A stretch of 64,000 nt of DNA from Vulcanimicrobiota bacterium (GTDB lineage Bacteria; Vulcanimicrobiota; Vulcanimicrobiia; Vulcanimicrobiales; Vulcanimicrobiaceae), in the NCBI GenBank assembly GCA_963758805.1, contig CAVWWP010000002.1, positions 222,918-286,917 on the forward strand, given 5' to 3'. Made by a program: the position numbers and the translations under genes. Below the pieces are notes generated by a model. That model was not told the DNA's origin and searched no databases. It was given only the letters and a program-made list of their open reading frames with translations. The first letter of the stretch is position 1; every line of letters begins with the position of its first letter. Positions 55,317-64,000 of the stretch are shown one piece after another.

Positions 55317-55320
55317 CGGC

Positions 55321-55680
55321 TTACTTGCGTTGGTGGACGCCGAAGGCGTTCCCGTCGGGATCTGCGCACCAGCCCGACGTGCACGAATCTCCTCCGTAGT
55401 TGGCATATAGCGTGCCCCCGAGTTCGACGATGCGGGCAACGGCTGCGTCGACGTCCGGCACGCCAAACATCGCACCACCGGTTGCGACGTGCGCGCCCTC
55501 CGGGGCGACGCCGAGCGCAAATGTGTTGCCGTCGGGCAGATCGTACTCGACGAAGCCGTCGGAATCGTACTGTCCGATCTTGAGATCGAAGAGGGTTTCG
55601 TAAAACACACGAGCTCGCTTGTGATCTTTGACCAGATACATGATGAAATCGAAGCCCGATGGCCGCACTTTATCGCTCAC
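55321..55680 (-). CDS. VOC/glyoxalase-family protein
   Basis: 119 aa, beta-alpha-beta-beta-beta pattern (FIMYLVKDHKRARVFYETLFDLK...DPDGNAFGVH). Confidence 0.75.
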   Translation of the reverse strand: MSDKVRPSGFDFIMYLVKDHKRARVFYETLFDLKIGQYDSDGFVEYDLPDGNTFALGVAPEGAHVATGGAMFGVPDVDAAVARIVELGGTLYANYGGDSCTSGWCADPDGNAFGVHQRK

Positions 55681-55767
55681 ACGGCGCCGGTTCTCGCTTG
55701 CAGCCGATCGCGCCTCCGGACAAGGCGCCGGCGCGGCGACGAACGAAGGCGTCGCATACTACTCGCC

Positions 55768-55986
55768 ATGGAGGGCAACGGCGTGCTCGTGCTCAGTCGC
55801 AAGATCAATCAATCGATCATGATCGGACCCGATATTCGCGTGCTCGTCGTGGGTGTCGACCGCGATCAAGTGAAGCTTGGGATCGAAGCGCCGCGCCGCG
55901 TACCGGTCCACAGGTTCGAGATCTACGAAGATATCCAACGCACCGATCCGCCCGCCGCTACATCCGAAGAGGATCGGGGACGGTAG
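55768..55986 (+). CDS. csrA: Carbon storage regulator CsrA
   Basis: LVLSRKINQSIMIG.DIRVLVVGVDRDQVKLGIEAPRRVPVHRFEIY. Confidence 0.85.
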   Translation: MEGNGVLVLSRKINQSIMIGPDIRVLVVGVDRDQVKLGIEAPRRVPVHRFEIYEDIQRTDPPAATSEEDRGR

Positions 55987-56019
55987 GAAAAGCGACGAGC
56001 CGAGCCGATACTTCCCGAG

Positions 56020-56829
56020 ATGCCCACGGCCACCGATTCCGATCTCGACGTACTCGAGTCACGGACGCTCTATATCCTGCGCGAGGCTTTCTCGTGCGTT
56101 TCACCACTGGCGATGCTCTGGTCGATCGGCAAGGATTCGACCGCGTTGCTGTGGATGGTACGCAAGGCATTTCTCGGGGAGGTTCCGTTTCCGGTCGTGC
56201 TGCTCGACACCGGAATGGAGTTTCCGGAGGTCTACGAGTTCCGCGATTGGCTCGTTCGCGAATGGCGCTTGCCTGCTCAAAACGAGGCGTGCCCGCCCGA
56301 GGAGAGCGTCGATCCAACGCTCCCGCCGGCGGCGCGGCACGCAGCGCGTAAGACCGCTGGGCTTCGCGCGCTGATCGCACGCGAAGGCTATCGCGGCATT
56401 ATCTTGGGTATCCGTCGCGACGAGCAGGCGATTCGCGCGAAAGAGCGGATATTCAGCCCTCGGAATGCCGATGGTTCGTGGGATCCGCGCACGCAGCCGC
56501 CGGAGTTGTGGGATTACTTTCCGTACGAGGTTCCCGACGGCGCGCACGTGCGGATTCATCCGCTGCTCCACTGGACGGAGCTCGATATTTGGCGCTATAC
56601 GCAGCGTGAGAAGATACCCTTCGTTCCGCTCTACTTGGCGCGCAACGGGCAACGCTTTCGATCGCTCGGCGAGAGCAATATCACGATCCCAATTGCGAGC
56701 ACGGCCGAGACGCTCGACGAAGTGATCGCGGAGTTGGAGAAGACGCGCGAACCCGAGCGGGCGGGACGTACGATGGACAATGAAAGCGAAGACGCTTTCG
56801 AAAGGCTGCGCACGACGGGATACATGTGA
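56020..56829 (+). CDS. cysD: Sulfate adenylyltransferase subunit 2
   Basis: LESRTLYILREAF, SIGKDS (PP-loop), HPLLHWTELDIWRY, RSLGE. Confidence 0.9.
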   Translation: MPTATDSDLDVLESRTLYILREAFSCVSPLAMLWSIGKDSTALLWMVRKAFLGEVPFPVVLLDTGMEFPEVYEFRDWLVREWRLPAQNEACPPEESVDPTLPPAARHAARKTAGLRALIAREGYRGIILGIRRDEQAIRAKERIFSPRNADGSWDPRTQPPELWDYFPYEVPDGAHVRIHPLLHWTELDIWRYTQREKIPFVPLYLARNGQRFRSLGESNITIPIASTAETLDEVIAELEKTREPERAGRTMDNESEDAFERLRTTGYM

Positions 56830-58700
56830 GACAAGTTCGGATCGTAATGGTAGGAGACGTCGACGCCGGAAAGTCGACGATCCTCGGCAGAATGCTCGTC
56901 GATCTCGGTCAGGTGACGCCGCAGAAGCTTGCTGAACTGCAGGATTCCAGCGACAAGCGTGGCGTTCCGATCGAATACTCTTTCTTACTGGACGCATTTC
57001 AGCTCGAGCGCGACCAGGCGATCACACTCGACATCTCGCGCATTTGGCTACGCATGCCCGAACGCGACTACGTCTTCGTCGACGCGCCTGGTCATCGCGA
57101 GCTCATTCGCAATCTCCTGACGGGTGCGTCCGAGGTCGATGCTGCGATCATGGTCGTTGCGGTCGACGAAGGCATCACGCTGCAGACCCGCCGCCAAGCT
57201 CTTTTCCTTCAGTGGTTTGGTTTCAAAGAGGTGCTGGTCGCAATCAATAAGCTCGATCTCGCCGAACCCGGTTCGTCCCCCGACCGGATCAACGGAAAGC
57301 TGCGATTCGACGATGCGGAGACCGCATTCGCGCAGCGGCGCGCCGAGGTCCGCAGCTTTTTGGAGCAGCTCGACATCACCCCGCTGGACATCATTCCCAT
57401 TGCCGCACGCGACGGCGACAACATCGCCATCGCGAGCCGGCGATGGTCGTGGTGGAAGGGCCCGACGCTGCTCGAAGCCCTGGAGCAACTTCATTCGTAC
57501 ACGCCGCACTCGGGCGGTCCATTGCGCCTGGTCGTGCAAGACGTCTACCGCCGCGACGGCAATCGGATCGTCGCGGGGAGGGTCGAAGCCGGGACGCTCC
57601 GTGCCGGTGAGCGGATCGTCTTTTGGCCGCTTCAGACCGACGCCGTCGTGAGCACAATCCACCGATGGCCGCACGAGGTTCGCGAAGCGCGTGCCGGCGA
57701 CGCGGTCGCTATTGTGCTCGACGAGCGCATCTTTGTCGATCGCGGCGCCGTGGCGAGCTACCTGGGCGACGGACCGTCGCTGGGACACGCACTTCAGGCT
57801 ACCGTTGTCTGGCTCGGTGCCGAGCCGGTGGCAGCCGGCGAGGCGCTCCGCTTGCGAATCGGCACGCGCGAAGTCGCGGTGAGCCTGCAGCGCATCGACG
57901 AGCTCATCGATCCCGACACGCTGGCGGGAAAGCCGAGCGATACGATCGCGAAAGGTGACGTCGCCGTGGTCACGTTGGCGTCGCGCGAGCTCATCGCTGC
58001 AGACGACGATCTCGACGCTACCAGCATCGGGCGCTTTGTGCTCCTGCAGGGCACCAACGTCATTGCAGGCGGGCGCGTTCGAGCGGTGATCGGGCGTCCG
58101 CGCTCCGAGGGCGCGACCGACGTCGTCGCGCAAACCTCTTCCGTGCCCCCAACCGAGCGGTTCGCACGCAATGGCCATGCCGGCGGCGTCTTCTGGTTGA
58201 CGGGTCTTCCCAGCGCCGGAAAATCGACACTGGCGATGACCGTTCAGCGCATGCTCTTCGACAGCGGCAGATTGGTTTACGTCCTCGACGGCGACACGCT
58301 GCGCACGTCGCTCAACGTCGACCTGGGCTTCTCCGAAGAGGACCGGTCGGAGAACGTGCGCCGGACGGCTGCCGTCGCGGCCGTGCTGGCAGACGGCGGT
58401 TTTGTCGTCATTTGTGCGCTGATCTCGCCGTTTGCCGCCGACCGCGAGAAGGCGCGAGCTTCGTATCCCGGCCGCTTTCACGAAGTCTACGTCGCGTGCG
58501 ATCTCCAAACGGCGGAAGGACGCGACGTCAAGGGTCATTACAAACGCGCGCGGCTGGGCGAGATCCCGCGTTTTACGGGCATATCCTCGCCATACGAGGT
58601 TCCGGAGAATCCGAATCTAGCTATCGATACGACGAAACAGACGATCGCCGAATCGGCGGCCTCGCTCATTGAGTACATCGAGGCAATGACGCGACCGTGA
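56826..58700 (+). CDS. cysNC: Bifunctional sulfate adenylyltransferase subunit 1 / adenylylsulfate kinase
   Basis: GTPase G1 GDVDAGKST, DAPGH, NKLD. C-terminal APS kinase P-loop GLPSAGKST and ISPF. Confidence 0.9.
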   Translation: MRQVRIVMVGDVDAGKSTILGRMLVDLGQVTPQKLAELQDSSDKRGVPIEYSFLLDAFQLERDQAITLDISRIWLRMPERDYVFVDAPGHRELIRNLLTGASEVDAAIMVVAVDEGITLQTRRQALFLQWFGFKEVLVAINKLDLAEPGSSPDRINGKLRFDDAETAFAQRRAEVRSFLEQLDITPLDIIPIAARDGDNIAIASRRWSWWKGPTLLEALEQLHSYTPHSGGPLRLVVQDVYRRDGNRIVAGRVEAGTLRAGERIVFWPLQTDAVVSTIHRWPHEVREARAGDAVAIVLDERIFVDRGAVASYLGDGPSLGHALQATVVWLGAEPVAAGEALRLRIGTREVAVSLQRIDELIDPDTLAGKPSDTIAKGDVAVVTLASRELIAADDDLDATSIGRFVLLQGTNVIAGGRVRAVIGRPRSEGATDVVAQTSSVPPTERFARNGHAGGVFWLTGLPSAGKSTLAMTVQRMLFDSGRLVYVLDGDTLRTSLNVDLGFSEEDRSENVRRTAAVAAVLADGGFVVICALISPFAADREKARASYPGRFHEVYVACDLQTAEGRDVKGHYKRARLGEIPRFTGISSPYEVPENPNLAIDTTKQTIAESAASLIEYIEAMTRP

Positions 58701-59476
58701 GCTTCGTCATCGTCGGGTTTATCGTCGGCGTCTGTATCGCGTACAGCGGTGTGGGCGCGGGCGCGTTGACGACGCCGCTGCTCGTACTCCTTCTCGGCGT
58801 CGGGACGAACGTTGCCATCGGATCGGATCTGCTCTTTGCACTCGGCACGAAGCTCGTCGCGATGATCGCGCACATTCAGCGGCGCACGGTCCAGGTGTCG
58901 GTCCTCTGGCGTCTCTCGCTCGGCGGACTGCCGGGCGCGATCATCGGCGTCGCCGTCAGCGCGCAGCTGCACCGCATTCTCGACATTCACCAGCTCGAGC
59001 ACGTGCTGCGCCTCGCCGTGGCCGCCGCGCTGCTCGCCGCGGCAGCGGGGATCATCTTCAACCGCGGCCTGGCGGGCGATCGCGCGAACGACGACCCGAA
59101 TGCGATGCCGACGTTTCGGATCGCATTCATCGGCTTTTTCGTTGGCCTGACCGTCAGCATCACGTCCATCGGGGCCGGCTCGATGACGTTGCCTTTGCTG
59201 CTGCTCGTCGCGCCGGCGGTCGCGTTGCGGCGTTTAGTCGGGACCGACGTCGCCTTTGCAATCGTCGTCCTCGTACCCGCCCTCATCGGTCACTGGAAGC
59301 TTGGCGACGTGAATCCGAGGCTCGCCGGCCTGCTATTGGTCGGGTCGATCCCGGGCGTCTTTGTCGGATCGCACCTGGTTACGCGGCTGCCTGAGCGATG
59401 GTTCCGAGGAGCGCTGGCGGGGGTGCTCGTCGTAGTCGCGATCTTCCTCCTACCGATCGGCTTGCCGCACTCCTGA
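58697..59476 (+). CDS. TauE/SafE-family (DUF81) sulfite/anion exporter
   Basis: Two-repeat 7-8 TM protein with GVGAGALTTPLL and SIGAGSMTLPLL motifs. 4-nt overlap with cysNC. Confidence 0.8.
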   Translation: MSFVIVGFIVGVCIAYSGVGAGALTTPLLVLLLGVGTNVAIGSDLLFALGTKLVAMIAHIQRRTVQVSVLWRLSLGGLPGAIIGVAVSAQLHRILDIHQLEHVLRLAVAAALLAAAAGIIFNRGLAGDRANDDPNAMPTFRIAFIGFFVGLTVSITSIGAGSMTLPLLLLVAPAVALRRLVGTDVAFAIVVLVPALIGHWKLGDVNPRLAGLLLVGSIPGVFVGSHLVTRLPERWFRGALAGVLVVVAIFLLPIGLPHS

Positions 59477-60220
59477 GTCTTTGCGACGCACGCGTTCGCG
59501 CGCGACGAGCTCACCGGCTCGAAACAAGCTTTCGAACGTTCCCGCGTCGCTCCACCAGCCCTCGAGCACGTCATATGCAAGGGTCCCCTCGTGGATGTAT
59601 CGATTGTTGACGTCGGTGATTTCTAGCTCACCGCGCGCCGATGGCTCGAGCGAACGGATGAACTCGAAGACGCGCGCGTCGTACATGTAGACGCCCGTGA
59701 CGGCGTACCGGCTCTTCGGCTGCGCGGGCTTCTCTTCGATCGAGATGATGCGCTCGCCGTCGAGCTCCGCGACGCCGAAGCGCGCGGCGTCGTCGACCTC
59801 CTTGAGGAGAATGCGCGCCCCGCGCTCTTGCGCCGCAAAGCGGCGAACGTACGCCGAGATGTCGTCTTGTAGAATGTTGTCTCCCAGGACGACGACGATG
59901 CGTTCGCCCTCGGAAAAATGCTCGCAAAGGCTCAGCGCGGCAGCGATCCCGCCCTCGCCCTCCTGGTACGTGTAGTAAAGGTCCTTCAATCCGAACTCGC
60001 GGCCGTTACCGAGAAGACGGAGAAACTCGCCGGCCGCATTTCCGCCCGTCACGATCATGATGTCCGAGATTCCCGCGTTGCAGAGCATTTCGATCGGATA
60101 GTAAATCATCGGCCGGTCATAGATCGGCAGGAGGTGCTTGTTCGTGACGTTCGTGAGCGGTCGCAACCGCGTGCCGAGTCCGCCGGCCAAGACCACGCCT
60201 TTGAACCGTACGTCTTTCAT
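59450..60220 (-). CDS. rfbA: Sugar-phosphate nucleotidyltransferase (short-form glucose-1-phosphate thymidylyltransferase)
   Basis: ATGA overlap with the rfbB stop. GVVLAGGLGTRLRPLTNVTNKHLLPI. EGGIAAAL. Confidence 0.75.
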   Translation of the reverse strand: MKDVRFKGVVLAGGLGTRLRPLTNVTNKHLLPIYDRPMIYYPIEMLCNAGISDIMIVTGGNAAGEFLRLLGNGREFGLKDLYYTYQEGEGGIAAALSLCEHFSEGERIVVVLGDNILQDDISAYVRRFAAQERGARILLKEVDDAARFGVAELDGERIISIEEKPAQPKSRYAVTGVYMYDARVFEFIRSLEPSARGELEITDVNNRYIHEGTLAYDVLEGWWSDAGTFESLFRAGELVARERVRRKDSGVRQADR

Positions 60221-61185
60221 AGCCGGCGTTGTAGCGGAAGCCACCACGCTTCGTTGGCGCGATACCAGGCAATCGTCCTGCGGATGCCTTCGTCAAACGG
60301 CGTCTGGGGCTCCCATCCGAGCGCGCCAAGCTTCGTCGCGTCGAGCGCGTATCGCCGGTCATGGCCGGGACGATCGGTAACGTGACGGACGTGCGTGATG
60401 GTCGAGCGGCCGCACTCGGTGACGAGAAGCTCGGTGAGCTCGAGATTGGTGCGCGCATTTCCGGCGCCGACGTTGTAAACTTCTCCGACGCGGCCGCGTT
60501 CGAGTACGGCAAGCACGGCACGAGCATGATCCTCGACATAGAGCCAATCGCGCACTTGGAGGCCGTCACCGTAGACTGGAACCGGCTGGTCGGCAATGAG
60601 GTTGGTTACGAAGAGCGGGACGATCTTCTCCGGATATTGGTTCGGTCCGTAGGTGTTGCTCCCGCGCGTGATGAGGACGGGCGCGCCATACGTCGCGTGG
60701 TATGCGAGCGCCTGCAGGTCTGCGCCGGCTTTGCTTGCGGAGTACGGACTGCTAGGCGCAAGTGCGTCTCCTTCGCGTGATTCGCCGTCTGCGACGCTAC
60801 CGTAGACTTCGTCGGTCGAGACCTGGACGAACCGCGGCACGTTGCACTCGCGCAGCGCCTCGAGCAAGACGTGGGTTCCGAAGATGTCGGTGCGCAGGAA
60901 CGCCGCCGGATCCACGATCGAGCGGTCGACGTGCGTCTCGGCCGCGAAGTTGACGATCGCGTCGGTGCCTTTCCCAAGCGCCGCACGGACGGCGGCGGGA
61001 TTGCAAATATTTCCCTTCACAAAGCGATAGCGAGGATCGTCGGCGACGTCGCGAAGGTTCTCCGTATTGCCCGCGTAGGTCATCGCGTCGAGGTTCACGA
61101 TCTCGATGTCGGGGCGCTCGCGCAATGCGAGGCGGATAAAATGGGAGCCGATAAAGCCGAGTCCGCCGGTGACGAGCCAACGCAT
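60217..61185 (-). CDS. rfbB: dTDP-glucose 4,6-dehydratase
   Basis: VTGGLGFIGSHF, AAETHVDRS, YSASKAG, RPGHDRRYALD. Confidence 0.95.
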   Translation of the reverse strand: MRWLVTGGLGFIGSHFIRLALRERPDIEIVNLDAMTYAGNTENLRDVADDPRYRFVKGNICNPAAVRAALGKGTDAIVNFAAETHVDRSIVDPAAFLRTDIFGTHVLLEALRECNVPRFVQVSTDEVYGSVADGESREGDALAPSSPYSASKAGADLQALAYHATYGAPVLITRGSNTYGPNQYPEKIVPLFVTNLIADQPVPVYGDGLQVRDWLYVEDHARAVLAVLERGRVGEVYNVGAGNARTNLELTELLVTECGRSTITHVRHVTDRPGHDRRYALDATKLGALGWEPQTPFDEGIRRTIAWYRANEAWWLPLQRRL

Positions 61186-61202
61186 GGCGCGTCGAGTTCG
61201 GC

Positions 61203-61655
61203 GTGCGTCGCGCTACGTCATCTCACGGTGCGACTCCAACGTCGCGTCGCGCGGGCGTCGGCGACCGAGTCGAGTTCGAAACGGTTTCGGCAAAGTCGAT
61301 GCCGGGACACGACTTCGACCTCGTGTGCTGCTTCGATTGCGTGCACGATATGGGTGACCCCGTTGGTGCACTCGCACGAGTGCGCGCAATGCTCAAGCCG
61401 TACGGTACGCTGATGATCGTGGAGCCCTATGCGGCGGACAACCTGGAGGAGAAGCTGACGCCGGTCGGCCGGATCTTCTACGGTGCCTCGACGATGCTGT
61501 GCACGCCTTCGGCGCTCGCGCAGGACGCGGGTTTCGCGCTCGGCGCCCAGGCCGGAGAAGCCAGGATGCGCGAGGTCGCCGAAAAGGCGGGCTTCCCGCG
61601 CTTTCGCCGCGCGGCCGAGACGCCGTTCAACCTCGTCTACGAGGCCCGTCCCTAG
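61203..61655 (+). pseudogene. 5'-truncated remnant of a class I SAM-dependent methyltransferase (Rv2258c-like family)
   Basis: Only the post-motif-I half is present ([37 protein letters not shown]...MIVEP...[12 protein letters not shown]...[16 protein letters not shown]). The SAM-binding GxGxG region and N-terminal domain are absent. The upstream space is taken by the rfbB start. Confidence 0.7.
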
Positions 61656-61680
61656 CCCGTTCGGAGATTGGTGGCCGCAG

Positions 61681-61715
61681 AGGCCCGGCGCATGGGGCGG
61701 CCGGGCCTTTGCCTA
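61681..61715 (+). terminator. Hairpin terminator candidate
   Basis: AGGCCCGGC 61681..61689 pairs perfectly with GCCGGGCCT 61700..61708, followed by TTGCCTATTTG. Confidence 0.5.
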
Positions 61716-61741
61716 TTTGCGCAGCGCGGCGCGCCGTGTGG

Positions 61742-61770
61742 TTGGAGGGTCACAGGCCGCATGGTATAAT
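61742..61770 (+). promoter_or_regulatory. rpsB promoter candidate with perfect extended -10
   Basis: TTGGAG 61742..61747, 17-nt spacer, TGgTATAAT ending at 61770. The ~105-nt leader contains the 8-bp hairpin CACCCGGC/GCCGGGTG. Confidence 0.5.
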
Positions 61771-61882
61771 CGCGCGGCTGTCCATTACTTCACCCGGCAT
61801 GGAGGCCGGGTGCCGATGGCTCCAGGACGAGGCCGCAACGCCAGGATGGCCGGCGGCCGGGAGCCAGAAAGGTTACCCAACC

Positions 61883-62650
61883 ATGTCCGTCATCACCATG
61901 CGAGAACTCTTGGAGGCGGGCGTTCACTTCGGGCACCAGACGCGCCGATGGAACCCCAAGATGAAGCCGTACATCTTCCAAGAGCGCAACGGCATCTATA
62001 TCATCGATCTCGCTCTTACCGTACAGAAACTGCGCGAGACATACCAGGTCGTCAAGAATCTCGCGCGCGAAGGGCGCGTCATTCTCTTCGTCGGGACGAA
62101 GAAACAAGCTCAGGACGTCGTACGCGAGGAAGCCGAGCGCGCCGGGACATTCTTTGTGAACCAGCGCTGGCTCGGCGGCACGCTGACGAACTTCGCGACG
62201 ATCCAGAAGCGCATCGCGCGCCTGCGCGAGCTCGAGAACATGAAGACGCAAGGCGACTTCGACCGTCTTCCGAAGAAGGAAGTCGCAAAGCTCCAAGACG
62301 AGATGAATCGCCTCGAGCGCTTTCTCGGCGGCATCAAAGACATGCACCGTTTACCGGACGCGATCTTCGTCGTCGATCCGAAGAAGGAGCGCATCGTTAT
62401 CCTCGAAGCGCGCAAGCTGAAGATCCCGATCATCGCGGTCATCGATACAAACTGCGACCCGGACGAGATCGACTATCCGATACCCGGCAACGACGACGCG
62501 ATCCGCGCGGTCAAGTTGATCGTCGGGAAGATCGCCGACGCGATCATCGAGGGGAAGACCGAGAGCGAGAGCGCCTACGACGAGGAAGAATACGTTGAGG
62601 CGCAAACCGGCAATGCCGAACCTTCCGCGATGGTGGAGGCGGCAATTTGA
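61883..62650 (+). CDS. rpsB: 30S ribosomal protein S2
   Basis: [50 protein letters not shown]. Confidence 0.95.
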   Translation: MSVITMRELLEAGVHFGHQTRRWNPKMKPYIFQERNGIYIIDLALTVQKLRETYQVVKNLAREGRVILFVGTKKQAQDVVREEAERAGTFFVNQRWLGGTLTNFATIQKRIARLRELENMKTQGDFDRLPKKEVAKLQDEMNRLERFLGGIKDMHRLPDAIFVVDPKKERIVILEARKLKIPIIAVIDTNCDPDEIDYPIPGNDDAIRAVKLIVGKIADAIIEGKTESESAYDEEEYVEAQTGNAEPSAMVEAAI

Positions 62651-63246
62651 TCTCCTACCAACCGAAGGCCGAAGAGATCAAAGCGCTGCGGGAGGCAACG
62701 AGCGCACCGATGCTCGATTGCCGAAAGGCGCTCGTCGACGCCGAGGGCGACCCCGACAAGGCCAAGGCATTGCTCATCGAACGTGGCGCCTCGCAGGCAG
62801 CGAAAAAGGCAGAACGCACGGCGAAAGAGGGCCTCATTGCGAGCTACGTACACGCCGGGGGAAAGATCGGGGCGCTCGTCGAGGTCAACAGCGAGACCGA
62901 TTTTGTCGCTCGCAATCCGAAGTTTGTCGAGCTAAGCCGGGACGTCGCGATGCACGTAGCCGCGATGTCGCCTCAGTACCTCGACCGGGAAAGCGTGCCG
63001 CCCGAGGTCGTAGCTGAACTGCGTGAGGAGTTTGCAGCAGGCGTTCCGGCGGGCAAGCCGGCCGAGATCGGAGCGAAGATCGTCGATGGAAAACTGAACA
63101 AGTGGTTTGAGGAGCACTGTCTGCTCGAGCAGCCGTTCGTCAAAGACGACGCGATCACAATCGGCGATCTCATTCACCGTTCCGTCGGAGCGCTCGGAGA
63201 GAACATTCGCATTCGTCGCTTTACGAAGTACGCGCTCGGTGAGTGA
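62647..63246 (+). CDS. tsf: Elongation factor Ts (short ~200-aa form)
   Basis: TTG 62647 overlapping the rpsB stop. [38 protein letters not shown]. Confidence 0.9.
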   Translation: MISYQPKAEEIKALREATSAPMLDCRKALVDAEGDPDKAKALLIERGASQAAKKAERTAKEGLIASYVHAGGKIGALVEVNSETDFVARNPKFVELSRDVAMHVAAMSPQYLDRESVPPEVVAELREEFAAGVPAGKPAEIGAKIVDGKLNKWFEEHCLLEQPFVKDDAITIGDLIHRSVGALGENIRIRRFTKYALGE

Positions 63247-63994
63247 GCGTAGCGAGCCGCGGTTCTCCCGCGTGCTCCTGAAGATATCCGGAGAGGCGTT
63301 CGCGGGCGCGGATACCGGCGTCGACCTTACGACGACGCGCATTATGGCCGAACAAATCGCCGAAGTGCGGCGCGGCGGCGTCTCGGTCGCCGTCGTCGTG
63401 GGCGGCGGCAACATCTGGCGCGGGAAGGTGCACGAAGAAGCCGGTATGGACCGGGCCACGGCCGACTACATGGGCATGCTCGCGACGGTCATTAACGCAC
63501 TTGCGCTTCAGGATGCGCTCGAGCGCATGGACGTGCCGTCACGCGTCCAAACCGCTATCGCGATGCATCAGATAGCCGAACCGTATATCCGGCGCCGTGC
63601 CATCCGCCATCTCGAAAAAGGGCGGGTCGTGATCTTTGCAGCCGGAACGGGGAACCCGTACTTCACAACCGATACAACGGCGGCGCTACGGGCCGTTGAG
63701 GTAAACGCGCAAGCGATTCTGAAGGCGACGAAGGTCGACGGCATCTATTCGGCCGATCCGAAAAAGGATTCGACGGCTACGCGCTTCGAGCGACTCGAAT
63801 ACATGGAGGTCCTGCAGCTCGGACTGGAAGTCATGGACTCGACGTCTATGGCTCTCTGCATGGACAACGCACTGCCCGTGATCGTCTTCGATATGTCGGT
63901 GCCCGGCAACATCCGGCGCGTCATCTGGGGCGAGCCGATCGGAACATACGTCGGACGCCGAGAAGCGTCGGCGCCAGTCGGTGCGAGGGCCTAA
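63239..63994 (+). CDS. pyrH: UMP kinase
   Basis: GTG 63239 (8-nt overlap with tsf). [46 protein letters not shown]. Confidence 0.95.
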   Translation: MSERSEPRFSRVLLKISGEAFAGADTGVDLTTTRIMAEQIAEVRRGGVSVAVVVGGGNIWRGKVHEEAGMDRATADYMGMLATVINALALQDALERMDVPSRVQTAIAMHQIAEPYIRRRAIRHLEKGRVVIFAAGTGNPYFTTDTTAALRAVEVNAQAILKATKVDGIYSADPKKDSTATRFERLEYMEVLQLGLEVMDSTSMALCMDNALPVIVFDMSVPGNIRRVIWGEPIGTYVGRREASAPVGARA

Positions 63995-64000
63995 GCCGAT

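Noticed and set aside
57048-58538. Very long antisense or out-of-frame ORFs: 57048-58538 (496 aa), 50568-52004 (478 aa), 33916-35160 (414 aa), 8860-9939 (359 aa), 53147-54490 (447 aa), 26409-27344, 40385-41506, 49906-50850 and others.
   Set aside because: They lie opposite or out of frame with genes that have unmistakable family motifs. They are Arg/Ala/Gly/Pro-rich with no recognisable motifs, and some run across tRNA genes. This is the usual stop-codon-poor artefact of GC-rich DNA.
1-64000. CRISPR arrays, rRNA genes, IS elements, prophage or toxin-antitoxin / defence-system genes.
   Set aside because: None were detected: no short regularly spaced repeats, no rRNA-like sequence, and no transposase, integrase, nuclease or defence signatures among the translated ORFs.

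Overview
GC-rich bacterial chromosomal segment, densely coding on both strands: about 75 protein genes and six tRNAs. I saw no rRNA, CRISPR array, transposase, integrase or phage genes.

Most content is housekeeping:
- rplJ-rplL, K+-independent H+-pyrophosphatase, fliA-type sigma factor, thrS, recG, panE, rsmD-coaD, queG, csrA, rfbAB, rpsB-tsf-pyrH.
- Phosphate uptake: pstSCAB, with phoU 29 kb away.
- A PHA cluster: two tandem PhaB/FabG-type reductases, phaC, an XRE regulator and a phasin-like gene. Thiolase and crotonase lie further on.
- Molybdopterin genes moaD, moaE, moeB-rhodanese and moaA.
- An ECF sigma / anti-sigma / photolyase block, an ABC exporter, and cysD-cysNC-tauE.

Most unusual items:
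1. A PadR-headed operon (19950-23270). Its central gene fuses a membrane ICMT/PEMT-type methyltransferase to an MtrA-like corrinoid domain (axial His position conserved) and DUF4346. A His-rich 4-TM protein lies upstream. A 5'-truncated mocA remnant and a DUF4396 gene lie downstream. Two copies of an AAAGTCA-N4-TGACT palindrome sit at the padR start.
2. A 278-bp modular palindromic element that exactly fills the DUF885-rsmD intergenic gap (35731-36008).
3. An orphan promoter / 30-codon sORF / terminator unit between divergent tRNA genes (24624-24842).
4. Two essential or conserved genes (rplJ, queG) broken by a single extra G, and possibly a third gene start hidden the same way. This points to homopolymer-type assembly errors rather than real pseudogenes.
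5. Two gene remnants (mocA, a Rv2258c-like methyltransferase) that mark past rearrangements.
6. Unusual domain fusions: DUF2249-Crp/Fnr, and a ZAS anti-sigma factor with a TonB C-terminal domain.

All family assignments come from reading the translated ORFs and recognising motifs. No database search was run.
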